Source: Lytechinus pictus (taxonomy: Eukaryota). From it: a stretch of 64,000 nt of DNA. The notes below the pieces were generated by a model. That model made no database searches, was not told the origin of the DNA, and saw only the letters and a list, made by a program, of their open reading frames with translations. Shown piece by piece: positions 1 through 12,294 of this stretch. The translations under genes and the position numbers were made by a program. The stretch's first letter is position 1, and every line of letters starts with the position of its first letter. Location: the NCBI RefSeq assembly GCF_037042905.1, contig NC_087245.1, positions 36,148,001-36,212,000 of the forward strand, given 5' to 3'.

Positions 1-3000
1 CGTGCAGGTGCATATGCCCGGCAAACTTATTTGACAGCCCGCGTTGAGTCATGTTTAAACCGCCGCACAGAGGTATGTTGTTTTTCATCTGCAAAGGTTT
101 CGAGCTAAACACGGTTATATCCGATACCCTTGATTGTATCGTAGACGAAATATCCGTTGTGAATGATCCGGTTGACATGGATTCGCCTGCAGTGGGGGGG
201 GGGGGGGGGCGGGGCGTGGTTAAAAGGCATGTCGCTTAGATCTGTCAAGAGGGTGTGTAAGTCAATAAAATTGACTTATGATGTGGCTTTACTAGAAACG
301 TATAAATCCAAGCGCATATTGACCACAGGGGCGTAACAGGGGTCGGTGGCCGGAGGGGGGGGGGGCAAGAGCCAAAAATTTCCCGGTCATATCATAGTAT
401 GAACAGGATTTTTTTTTATGATTGTGCCCCGAGCATTAGGGCGAAGCTCAATGCGTGATAAGTACCCCCCCCCCCAAAAAAAAAAGGAGGGGCACAGCAT
501 GGCGCGCGCGCAAAAATTTACTCAATAAAGCCCCGAGCGAGCGTAGCGAGCGAGAAAAGAAATTGCTTTCTCATGAGAATCTAACTTTGTGATTGATTTT
601 GACATGGATTCAGAAAATAACATAATATCTTACATCTTTCTTTCCTTTCATTTTCTTTCATCTTTTATTTTTTGTTCTTGGTTGTAGAACTTTTACGGTA
701 GGCAGTGCCATGCGGCAGGCGCGGATCCAAGATCTTGTAGGGAGGGGACCCAAATTTGACTTGTGTACTTTTCCAAAAATGATGCCCCTCCCTCTCTGCC
801 AAACAAACATAAGAGCCTTCAAATGCATGTTGAATTATCTTACTTTATAATCACATGAAAAAAGGCAATTGAAGACCATTTTTCTTTTAATGTACTCATG
901 AAGAAAAAAAATCCATTAATATAATCACTTTTTTAAATAATAAATGCGAGCGCCAAGCGCGAGCGATTTTCTGTTTTAAGCCTTTTGGGTTTCAATTTTG
1001 TTTAATCTCTCATCAGAGGAGGCCCTAATAGAATTGTGTAAACAGGAGCTGTATACTAGCCGTTTTAGAGTATAGCATTCAATTATTGATAACCTCTTGG
1101 GAATAATGCAATTTCGAAGGCAATCGACTAATTATAACAATCTCCTCATCAGTGGTGTAGCTGGGATTTGTTCAGAAGGGGCGCATGGGGGAGGGGGCTT
1201 GTGAACTTTTTGTAGGTGTAGGGGGCACCATGATAAGAAAGAAATTGGTGTGGGGTACAGACCGGAGTTAAAGAAAATCTGAGATCTATTCTAAAAAAAT
1301 GCAATGGGGTATTTCACAAGGCCTCAGTAAATAATGCGAACGCGAAGCGCGATCTGATTTTTTTCTTATTGTTCATGTATTTATCTTGAAAGCTTAAGTA
1401 ATTGTTGTGATGAACACGATGCATATCTACTTTTTGAAGAAAAAAGTGAGTGCGAGCCTGAAGCGCGAGCTGATTTTTTTTTATTTTTTTTAATTTCCAC
1501 AATAACAGCAAGTACATGTTTTACATCTCAACGTAATTATGGAAAAAATTCAATTCAAATTACATTGGAATAAAACAATACAATACGTTCGTGAAAGCAG
1601 TCAAATAATTGATAATGATCAGACAACAAAAACACCGATTAATTTTTAAGTTTGAGTTTGCGTTTAAAAGTAAACAAACTTGGTGAGTTCTTTATATATA
1701 GACTCATCCAGAGAATTTAATAAATCAAGACCAGTGTGAATAATAGTTTTCTGTTTAAATAATGTTCTCAACAAAGGAAGGTGAAGTTATGATAATTGTA
1801 TTGTGGGATAGCTATGGAAACGATCATTTTTGGTAAATAATAAACTTAGAAGGGTTGGCAATTCACCGCGATTTAATTAGTACATAAAACAGCCAAGACG
1901 AAGGTGATATAAGTAATTCATTTTCACAATTTTATTAAAATAAAAAAGTTCATCTGTGTGAGCCAGTGGCGTAATTACGGGGGGGGGGGCAAGATTATAC
2001 AGCAATGTTCTATAGATATTCACTTTAGATTGAGAAGGGAAACATAAAACAATGAACTCAAAAGCAGCATTACGCACAAGCGTAATATTTTTTTTTTCGT
2101 CTTAGAAGTGAAACGCGAAAAAAAAAACATTTGAGTTCAAAAGCATCATTATACATAAACATAATACAATATTTTTAAAAGAACTTAGGGTAATTAATTT
2201 CACATTTCGTCTCGGACAATCAGAGAAAAAACAAAACAAATACTGTGCTCACAATAGGGGCCAAAGTTAGGTTAAAGCAAAAATTTCAATTTTCTTCTAA
2301 CATGTACAATAATATGCAAAGGAAACAGTGTGTGTGAGGGTGTTCGTGTGTGCGTGTGTGACACAATCAACTCATATTTTGCATATCAATATGTTGTGTT
2401 GGAAAACGCAAAAAACAATTAGTTTATAACAAAATTTGATTTGAATGTTTTTCCACTCTTGTTTTTTATTTACAAAATACATGATAAACAAAGAATAATT
2501 ATAATTATAATTATGATCCATGATAATACATAAATGACAAACTAATAATAATTAGATTACAATATGAAGTAAAAAAAAAAGTAAACATGTTTAGAAAAAG
2601 AACAAAGTATTCAATGACTAATTACAAGTTGGAGAAGGGGTTTCTGCGAAAAAGCAAAAGTGGTGCGATCATAGGCGGCGGAAGCGGGGGGGGACATGTC
2701 CCCCTAAATTTGAGGTGGGGGCGTTATCGGACACAAGCATAGACGCTATACACTAGCATAAATAACCATTTTTATTGTATTTATAATTCATAGTACTTGA
2801 CCATATATTTTCACTTTCGCCTGAGAAAGGAAATTTAAAAAGTTCAAAATCGGGACCAAATTGGGTGGCAACAATAAAAATAGCAAAATACTGCAGGTGA
2901 TAATACGACCTACCCCCCCCCCCCCCCCCTCTCTCCAATAACAATATCATGATATCAACATGTTAATCCGTGGATGCCATTGGACAGACTCTAATTAATC

Positions 3001-3541
3001 TCTAAATTTACAAGAAATTCAAGCTCAATATTTCTAATACAAACACAAGATTTACTCAGGAATAATGCATACCAATATTTCTTATAAATACAGGTATCAT
3101 TTAATATATTCTGGACCCCTAGGCAGAACAGAGTGGTAATAATTACCTTTCTGGGTGGACAATCCAGCCATGCATATGTATTTATTTGTATTTTATTTCG
3201 TAATTATATCTGATGTATTTTGCATGTTTTTTATGAATGGAAAATATATACAATATAGATCCCTATTAATTTGTTCAAAATCATTCTGCCTCACCACTGA
3301 ATTGCCAGTAGTAGCAGTCACTGTTCAAATCAGATGGAAAACACATTTATCTCTCGACGTAGCATTAGCATGCACATTTAATTTATGTATGTATACTTGT
3401 GTAAGGACTGCAGTTGAAAAGTCTAGCTTTTAAAAACCCTCTGCCTTGACGACCAACCAGACGTGTTTTTTATTCAACGATGTAAGCCTACTAAATCTTT
3501 TCATTTTGTTAAAACTGCGAAATGAATGAAATTGAATAAAG

Positions 3542-3911
3542 TTAGTTTGATGTCTGATACAGTTCATTATCAATCAACCCGTCATCATCTTGCTCACATG
3601 TCAGTGGACGTGACGTCACCAGAGAGACTTCGGTATCCATATACGTATGCATGGGATCTTCGGAAGTACCACTCCGAATCGGAGGCATGTCCATGTAAGC
3701 ATATTCATGTTCATCCACATCGCTTGCCATACTGGGCATACTGGGAGGCAATGTTGGATCCGAGGCATACACGTTTTCGTTCACACACAACGTCTCGTGT
3801 GCGAGTAACGGGGTCGGTGTGGTGTCCTCTGATTGGTCGGAAGTTACGTTGCCCATAGTAACGAGGGGACTGCCAAAAGCAGGCGGATTGCGTAACTGTT
3901 GTCTGTTTTTC
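3542..3911 (-). CDS. SMB-SRCR receptor, last exon (7): cytoplasmic tail
   Basis: Acceptor ccctttacacag|G, phase 2. Encodes (R)KNRQQLRNPP...ENVYAS...HEYAYMDM...TYMDT...DNELYQTSN*, in frame with the TM exon. Confidence 0.85.
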
Positions 3912-4428
3912 CTGTGTAAAGGGGTAGGGTTACCTAATATGAGCCACATACATGTAACTATGGAAGTTTTTGTGCATATTCATATTAAACGTTTCAAACA
4001 CAGAATCATAAGAGAGTGTATGAAATAATATTATCTTTTGGTATTTAAGGAATTCTTTATTGTTATAAATATACTAGTAATACACAGAACAGAATTTAGT
4101 TCAGTTATAGTTTTATACTTTCTCATTCCCAACAAAGAAATACAAAATCAATGTAAGTATCATAAGCGCAGAACAGTCATTTAAACGTCTTCAATATTCA
4201 ATGCACTTTCAACCAAAGATGGTATTTCGCACATACTCGGGTTCAGCGAAAACGAGTGCAAACTTTAAAAGAAGTATTTTATGAGCAATTATACAATATA
4301 ACATGCCTCATTTTAGCCAATCACATAGCACCATCCTGCGTGGAATATAGTAAATATCATTAACGTCAACAGACGTTTACAATCTGCAACCGATTACAGA
4401 ATTCGAAAACAAAGCCTAGGTTTCTCAC

Positions 4429-4510
4429 CTCTGAAATCTGACCATCACAATCAAGGCGACTATGATAAAGAGAAGAACGACCGCTACACCGATTATGATG
4501 TAGATATACA
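4429..4510 (-). CDS. SMB-SRCR receptor exon 6: transmembrane helix
   Basis: tttgcttttcag|...|gtgaga. Encodes MYIYIIIGVAVVLLFIIVALIVMVRFQR. Phase 1 in, phase 2 out, matching both neighbours. Confidence 0.9.
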
Positions 4511-4938
4511 CTGAAAAGCAAATGTACATAATATCATAGACTTAAATCATGATTATGAGAATATATTACATAGCTTATGTAGGTTCGAATCAGTGATAGG
4601 TCAATACGCCATCACGTGATCATAGCTGCGAGGATCGCATTTGGTATATTCGAGGTTTTGACGTCACCTCAGTGAATATAACTGCGTTGTTTTTTCAATT
4701 GCGGCGTTATATTCACTAAGGTGACGTCACTCGCTGCTTACAAGTTGCGTAATCATGTAGTTTATTTGATGTACGCGCTAGTGTTAATGCGTCGATTGCA
4801 TGAAGAACGCGCTTGATGTATTTTCCAAATTTGTTCTATTATGACGTAGACGGATCAGAGCTGTAGCAAGAATTTCGGGTTGGGGCCAGATGATGAAGGC
4901 ATTATCTTATGGCGAATCCATATAGACTATATAATATA

Positions 4939-5128
4939 ACAGATATTGCCTGGTCTATCGTTTTAATAAATTAACATTTCAACTCCCCTCCGAAGCTATA
5001 TTTTTCCCTCGGGAGAATATTTTCCCTCAGCGCTGCGCGCTTCGGGCAAAATATAATCCCTCGGGAAAAATATAACTCCGTCGGGGAGAGGAAATGTTAT
5101 ATTCAAACTCTAGGTAGGCAATATCTGT
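4939..5128. mobile_element. Palindromic MITE
   Basis: Ends ACAGATATTGCCT / AGGCAATATCTGT, with internal inverted arms TATATTTTTCCCTCGGG / CCCTCGGGAAAAATATA. Confidence 0.6.
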
Positions 5129-5164
5129 ATAATATTACCTGCATATTAATGATAGTAATAACGA

Positions 5165-5315
5165 TTTGTTTACATGGGGTAGCCTCTTCAACCCTTCCCC
5201 GATCTAAATGCTGAGCTCTAAGCTAATATTAAAAAAAAGAGTATATGGTATGACTCGGCCGGGCATCGAACCTACCATGAAGCGGGCGCTCTACCACTGG
5301 GCGGCCATGCACGGT
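5165..5315 (-). mobile_element. tRNA-derived SINE fragment
   Basis: Reverse strand reads CAGTGGTAGAGCG...GGTTCGATGCCCGGCCGAGTCATACC (A/B-box-like head) without a complete cloverleaf. Confidence 0.55.
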
Positions 5316-5488
5316 TTATTCTGCACCTCGCGAGACATTTCCTTTTCTTTACGATTTTTTTTTATTATTTATTTGTTTAGTATGGTTCCATGACATATAC
5401 TCCGGTGACAATTGCTCGGGTATATATCCCACTCTCTAATCGAATGACAAACTGCAACCCAAATTTTATAAACCACTTCAATCCTACG

Positions 5489-5869
5489 CACTAAGGAAAA
5501 TAGGTTCAACATTGCACCTTTAGAGATGCAGACCAAATGTCAAACTTGGAGCACCTTTATGGTGCAACTTTGTACCTTTTTGGAAAGGTGCAACTTTGCA
5601 CCTCTCTGAAAGATGCAAATTAGCACCATTAAGGTGCAGAATTGCACCACACAGGTGCTTATTTGCACCTTCAAGAGAATGCAAAGTTGTACCCGTCCGA
5701 AGGTACAAAGACTATACATGCTATACGCGAGGTTCAAACTTGCACCCCCATTACCCGCTGTGGGCCTGCGCAGGCGCGGTGGCGAGTGATAGGTGCAACT
5801 ATGCTCGAATATTCGCTCTGCACCTTTTTCCGCAAAGTTGCACCTTTCGTGCAACCCTATTTCTTAGTG
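5489..5869. mobile_element. CACTA-ended MITE with reiterated TTGCACC motif
   Basis: CACTAAGGAAAATAGG ... CCTATTTCTTAGTG termini and many internal TTGCACC/GGTGCAA copies. Confidence 0.6.
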
Positions 5870-6167
5870 TTTAACCTCAACCCTCCGTATTAGATTAAAT
5901 AAACCCCGGATCATTTGTCGCAGGAGCAAATGTCGTCACCACCCTGACATGAATTCGGGTTTTAATAAAAAACAAAAAAAGAAAAAAAAATAAGGAAGGT
6001 TCGACAAAAATCTGCCAAAGTGTAACAGAGCTTGAATTTTCAATGAATTTTATTTTGTGACGTCACATGAAAGCAACTGCTTTTTCATTACATGAATGCA
6101 ATACACTAAGTTTAAGTGTCCCCCGGAATCTTCGCCTGTGGTAACAATACAGAATTGATGTACGTAC

Positions 6168-6320
6168 TATCGTTTTTGTCCTCATTAGTATTCGAATGTT
6201 TTGTTATTGTTGTGCTTGATGATTGAGATGACGACACAGTTGATGAATGAGTTTTAGTCGACAAGATAGGTGTGCTGATTGCAGTGGCCACAGTCGTCTT
6301 TTCAACAGCATCGCTGTCGT
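6168..6320 (-). CDS. SMB-SRCR receptor exon 5: Ser/Thr-rich stalk
   Basis: cttctttccatatag|...|gtacgt, 153 bp, phase 1-1. Encodes DDSDAVEKTTVATAISTPILSTKTHSSTVSSSQSSSTTITKHSNTNEDKND. Confidence 0.8.
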
Positions 6321-6454
6321 CTATATGGAAAGAAGATGAAAATCACACACAGTTAAAATTTAGATTTAGATAATGAAAATACGCTAGCCCTTCCCTCGCA
6401 CACAGGGCTAGTGCTAGGGTATTTTGATGGGGGAGCAAAACTAAAGATGACGTC

Positions 6455-7170
6455 ATATGACCACCACCATCATCATCATCATCATCACCACCACCACAAT
6501 CATCATTATCATCATAGTCATCATTAAAATCATCATTATCACCAGCACCACAATCATCATCACCATCACCACCATTATGACCATGATCATCATCATCACC
6601 TTTATCATCATCATCACCACCACCACCACCACAATTATTACCATTATCATAGTCATCATCACCATCAACATCAAAATCATCACCATCACCACAATCATCA
6701 TCATCATCATCATCACCACCACCGATCGTCATCATCACCATCATCACGACCACGGGCACCACCATCATCATCATCACCACCACCACCACCACAATCATCA
6801 TTATCATAGTCATCATCAAAATCAAAATCATCATTATCACCATCATCATCATCACCATCAGGACCATGATCATCATCACCATCAAAAATCAAAATCATCA
6901 CCATCATCATCATCACTATCATCATCACCATCACCACCACAATTATTACCATTATCATAGTCATCATCACCATCAACATCAAAATCATCACCATCACCAC
7001 AATCATCATCATCACCACCACCAATCGTCATCACCACCGTCATGATCATCACGACCACGGGCACCACAATCATCATCACCACCACCACCACAATCATCAT
7101 TCTCATAGTCATCATCAGAAAATTCAAAATCATCATTATCACCATCATCATCATCACCATCACCATTTCC
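6455..7170. repeat. (CAT/CAC)n compound microsatellite with higher-order duplication
   Basis: Trinucleotide array in the receptor intron. Source of the spurious His-, Asp- and Ile-rich ORFs. Confidence 0.95.
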
Positions 7171-7269
7171 AACCATCAGTCGGTCACTGTACACATAAAA
7201 CATAGAGACGAGCTAATACCATCAATTTAGAGTCAAATTGCAACGTGGAGTATTGATTCCAGTACGTAC

Positions 7270-7383
7270 CGATGCAGGTGAGCCCAAGAAGACCTTTACA
7301 GCAGTCAACTTGTGAATCAGTTGAACACAAACCCTGTGTAGTTATATTGGTAGTGAATGTGCACTGGCTGAGATTCCTTGCAC
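7270..7383 (-). CDS. SMB-SRCR receptor exon 4: C-terminal half of SRCR domain
   Basis: ttttcgacacag|...|gtacgt, 114 bp, phase 1-1. Encodes GARNLSQCTFTTNITTQGLCSTDSQVDCCKGLLGLTCI, matching the SRCR L..C...C...G..C pattern. Confidence 0.85.
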
Positions 7384-7742
7384 CTGTGTCGAAAATTATA
7401 TTTTAGAGACAAAGGAGATAATGAACATTAAAATAGGTGAACGTCTTCAAGTTACCACCTCCACATCCGAAGTAGAAAAGGTTTTATTTCCAAGGGCTTG
7501 GCAGATGTTACGGCACATTAGTAAACTGCACATTTTAGTAAATGACGAAAATGTGCAGTTGCAGAAATGTTATTCAGGGCTTCAGTCCTTGAGGGAAACC
7601 CTGATCCGCATCTGAAATGAACATTAGTCTGCAGGCACTGACACTGATTGACACTTTGATCAACAAGTGAGTCTCCACGCAAAGACTAGCACTGCACATA
7701 AAACTTGCTTTTGCTGAGGGCCTTCAGTACACAAGGCATTAA

Positions 7743-8928
7743 AGCCCCTTTCACAATTGACGTACGACCTGTTTACGACCACCTGCAACAGTTTTTTCTT
7801 GTTGTTGCACGATCGATCCCTTGGTGTCTTGCGAGCACTCGCAGTCGTTGTAGACGATCGCACAAACTCGAGGTGGTCGGAGGTGATCGTGACTGGTCGC
7901 ATCTGAACTTTGAACATGTTCAAAATCCAAACGCGATCAAATACGATTGATTCACTCGCAACAGGTCGTACCATCGGTCGGGCGATCATCGTGTGAGTGT
8001 TGTTCAACGTTGTACGACTTGGTGCGAGAGGTGGCACAACTAAGTATAGTCGCATTTAGTCGACTGGAGGTCGTACAACACTTGCACATGTGCTGGAGAC
8101 CTACAGAGACCAGTCTTGCGACTGGGTGCGATAATATGAGACTGTTGCAAGACCGATCGAAATTACGGCTTACTACATTCCACTACCGTTGCATTCGCAT
8201 GTATGCGACCGTTCAGCCCCTTTCACAATTGACGTCCGACCAGTTTACGACCGCCTGCAACAGTTTTTTCTTGTTGTTGCACGATCGATCTCTTGGTGTC
8301 TTGCGAGCACTCGCAGTCGTTGTAGACGGTCGCACGAACTCGAGGTGGTCGTGGCTGGTCACATCTGAACTTTGAACATGTTCAAAATCCGAACGCGATC
8401 AAATACGATCGATTCACTCGCATCAGGCCGTACCCGGGGTCGTACCATCGGTCGGGCGATCATCGTGCAAGTGTTGTTCAACGTTGTACGACTTGGTGCG
8501 AGAGGTGGCACAACTAAGTAGTCGCATTTACTTGACTGGAGGTCGTGCAACACTTGCACATGTGCAAGCGACCTACATGTACAGAGACCTGTCTTGCGAC
8601 TGGTTGCGATAATAATATGGGCCATAAGACTGTTGCAAGACCGATCGCAACGGCTTACAACATTGCACTACCATTTCATTCGTATGTATGCGACCGTTCC
8701 ACTCGCAATCCCTCGTGCAACACTCGCATGTGATCGCACGAGCACAATAAGACCATATGCGACTTACTCGTGCAATGGGGTTTACTGGTTGTTTTTGTTG
8801 TACGACAGCTGTTGCAACTGTGAAAGCCTCTGTGCGATCTTATGAGATGACTAGCGATTGATGCCTGTTGCAGCCTGTCGCACGACCAAAAGGTCGCAAA
8901 TGGTCGTACGTCAATTGTGAAAGGGGCT
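7743..8928. mobile_element. Non-autonomous PIF/Harbinger-like element, copy 1
   Basis: TIR AGCCCCTTTCACAATTGACGTACGACC / GGTCGTACGTCAATTGTGAAAGGGGCT, TSD TAA/TAA. The left ~470 bp is repeated internally (second left end near 8215). Confidence 0.85.
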
Positions 8929-8930
8929 TA

Positions 8931-10525
8931 AGGCGACCGCACACCTTACGATTGGTCTGCGACCCGATTTCAGAATAAAATGTTGTAGAATTTGATGCTA
9001 ACATTGAGACTTGGAATATCTTAAGCCCCTTTCACAATTGACGTACGACCTGTTTACGACCGCCTGCAACAGTTTTTTCTTGTTGTTGCACGATCGATCT
9101 CTTGGTGTCTTGCGAGCACTCGCAGTGGTTGTAGACGAACGCACGAATTTGAGGTGGTCGGAGGTGGTCGTGACTGGTCGCATCTGAATTTGAACATGTT
9201 CAAAATCCAAACGCGATCAAATACGATTGAGTTACTCCCATCAGGTCGTACCATCGGTCGGGCGATCATCGTGTGAGTGTTGTTCAACGTTGTACGACTT
9301 GGCGCGAGAGGTGACACAACTACGTATAGTCGCATTTAGTCGACTGGAGGTCGTACAACACTTGCACATGCGCTAGATACCTACAGAGACCAGTCTTGCG
9401 ACTGGTTGCGATAATATAAGACTGTTGCAAGACCGATCAAAATTACGGCTTACAACATTCCACTACCGTCGCATTCGCATGTATGCGACCGTACAGCCCC
9501 TTTCACAATTGACATCCGACCAGTTTACGACCACCTGCAACAGTTTCTTGCTGCTGTTGCACGATCGATCTCTTGGTGACTTGCGAGCACTCGCAGTCGT
9601 TGTAGACGGTCGCACGAACTCGAGGTGGTCGTGACTGGTCACATCTGAACTTTGAACATGTTCAAAATCCGAATGCGATCAAATACGACCGATTCACTCG
9701 CATCAGCTCGTATCCGGGGTCGTACCATCGGTCGGGCGATCATCATGGGAGTGTTGTTCAACGTTGCACGACTTGGTGCGAGAGGTGGCACAACTAAGTA
9801 GTCGCATTTACTCGACTGGAGGTCGTACAACACTTGCACATGTGCTAGCGACCTACATGTACAGAGACCTGTCTTGCGACTGGGTGCAATAATATGATGG
9901 GCCATAAGACTGTTGCAAGACCGATCGCAACGGCTTACAACATTGCACTACCGTTGTGTGCGATCGTTCCCCTCGCAATCCCTCGTGCAACACTCGCATG
10001 TGATCGCACGAGCACAATAGGATCATAAGCGACTTACTCGTGCAACGGGTTTCACTGGTTGTTTTTGTTGTACGACAGCTGTTGCAACTGTGAAAGCCTC
10101 TGTGCGATATTATGAGATGACTGGCGATTGATGCCTGTTGCAGCCTGTCGTACGACCAAAAGGTCGCAAATGGTCGTACGTCAATTGTGAAAGGGGCTTT
10201 ACTGTGTAATGTTCTAAATCATCGTACGAATATACCTATGTTCAAATCTGTGACTATGCTATCACCCTTCTTAGAATAAAAGCGAATTTAATATCTAGTC
10301 GTAACGACGTCATAGCAGTCGTACGATTGGCTACGATTTGAAACTTATTTGGCCTTTACTCCGAAGTAAAGGCTTGCAATCTTTCAAAATGGTTATATTA
10401 GTATTCTTTCAATTGATTTAAACCTCAAACAAAATGACATGTTCCATTCAAATTTTCAGAAAATGAGCAAAATGCGATTTGTTCCAAAATCGGATCGCGA
10501 ACAGCCGTGAGTTGTGCGGTGGTCT
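8931..10525. mobile_element. Host MITE (~420 bp without insert), Harbinger-like
   Basis: Ends AGGCGACCGCACACCTTACG / GTGAGTTGTGCGGTGGTCT, flanked by TTA. Interrupted by the 9024-10198 element. Confidence 0.75.
9024..10198. mobile_element. Non-autonomous PIF/Harbinger-like element, copy 2
   Basis: Same TIRs and internal duplication, TSD TTA/TTA. The empty site is visible in the host paralogue near 14690. Confidence 0.88.
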
Positions 10526-10603
10526 TTACGTGTATAGGCTGCCCAGTCAGACCCTTAACCCGAGGGAAGGTTTTCACAGCAGACTATATATACTACAAAT
10601 TAC

Positions 10604-10831
10604 CTGAACCGCATGATGCGTATGAGTGTAGGATGGGGATGGAGACGTTCAACGAGGTGTCGGTCGAATAACTGGATCCAGTGTTCGAGTAACCGAGCTG
10701 AGCGCATGCAGCGGATGCCTCCCATGTTAACCATCTACCACCGTGGCAGATATAACCAACGTCCTCCTCTCTCGTCTTCTCTTGAACGATGACCAAACCT
10801 TCAAGGGATGCAGCCCCCGCAAAATGAATCC
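10604..10831 (-). CDS. SMB-SRCR receptor exon 3: N-terminal half of SRCR domain
   Basis: Encodes RIHFAGAASLEGLVIV...GYICHGGRW...ASAACAQLGY...YASCGS, resembling SRCR VRLVGG..EGRVEV..WGTVC..W...A.VVCRQLG. Donor CAG|gtaatt. The acceptor (gatgaag|) is weak, so the 5' boundary is less certain. Confidence 0.85.
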
Positions 10832-10978
10832 CTTCATCATCAAACATAAAAGCAACATAAAAAAATCACAAACATAGAGTGTAAAGCATAATAAGGTATC
10901 ATCCCACCCCCGACACAAACATTGCAGATAAAGGATATTTCGTTTATTACAAGTCCAAGTGTATGATATTTCATTTCA

Positions 10979-10985
10979 TTTCATT

Positions 10986-11076
<91 letters not shown>

Positions 11077-11078
11077 TT

Positions 11079-11145
<67 letters not shown>

Positions 11146-11160
11146 TCTATTTATTTAATT

Positions 11161-11205
<45 letters not shown>
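10979..11205. repeat. (TTTA)n microsatellite
   Basis: Direct observation. Confidence 0.97.
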
Positions 11206-11206
<1 letters not shown>

Positions 11207-12156
11207 TCACGGTATACTCACTTCAGCATATTGGCTGTTGATATATGACTATGTTATCAATATATATTCATGTTAACAGTGGTGTAATGAGCCCCAGACT
11301 TTGAGGGGACACAACATGTTAAACACATTTTAAAAAGTCGCGATCGAGCGAAAGTTTTGGCGTTTTGAACTTTTGGAATGAAAATCTAATTTGTGATGTA
11401 TTTGACGCAATATTCAACAAATGATACCATATATCATACTTTTTTCATTTATTAATTTATTTTGGAAGGGGGTGAATATTTGGAGGACAGAACCCTCTCC
11501 CAAGCCTGCACCTGTATTTTTAAAAGAATAATCCCAAAACCGCCCTTTATACGGTTGCCAAAAGCTGATTCCGTCTACTGGTACATGTGGACCTTCCGCC
11601 TAAAAGCAATACTATGTTGCTGCCCTCTGCGTTCGTTGTGGTACACGTTTGCTCTATTGTTTAAAGAGATACTCCAAGATGAAAATAATATGATAGTGAA
11701 CAGATAAAGGAAATCAGACTTAACCAATCGAAACACTGAAAATGGCATCAAAATCGAACGAGAATAACAAAGTAATGACATTTTAACATGTCTAATACAT
11801 GTCTTCATGAATATGCAATTAGAAATTAAGCTGATGGTATAAATATCCCACTTATTATCAGTACTATTTTGTATTTATTACATGAAATTATATTTATTCA
11901 AATTTTGTCGACCGAGAAGGAAAAAAAATGGATCGACAACAGATCAACTACGCTAGGGAGACATATTTTGCAAAAATATATGAAAATATTTGCCCAAGGG
12001 ATAAATAATTTGGCCGAAGCGCATAGCACTGATGGAAAATATTGTCTCAAGGGAAGTATTGCTTTGGTAAGAATATACAGATAGATAGATCATTAAGTAA
12101 ATAAAAAATAGATAAATAAATAAATAATTGTCGACGGGACGTTCATTTATACTTAC

Positions 12157-12294
12157 GGGTGCACTTTTGTAAAAAGTCGGTACAGCAGTCATTGAATTTA
12201 ACACATTTATCATTACATTGGCAACTCATTCCTCCATCGAAACTACCACATCTACTTCGGGATCTACTTTCACAAGAATGCAATTGATTGGCTC
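12157..12294 (-). CDS. SMB-SRCR receptor exon 2: somatomedin-B domain
   Basis: tttctctattctgcag|...|gtaagt, 138 bp, phase 1-1. [39 protein letters not shown] has the 8-Cys SMB pattern. Confidence 0.9.

Noticed and set aside
5225..5315. tRNA gene
   Set aside because: Only A/B-box-like motifs, no complete cloverleaf. Better explained as a SINE head.
6343..7230. His-rich, Asp-rich and Ile/Thr-rich ORFs
   Set aside because: Translations of a CAT/CAC microsatellite inside an intron. The flanking exons splice in phase without it.
7660..9905. Repeated ORFs suggesting a gene family or CRISPR-like array
   Set aside because: They lie within two non-autonomous transposon copies. No transposase motifs and no repeat-spacer structure.
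10959..11241. (YLFI)n ORFs
   Set aside because: (TTTA)n microsatellite.
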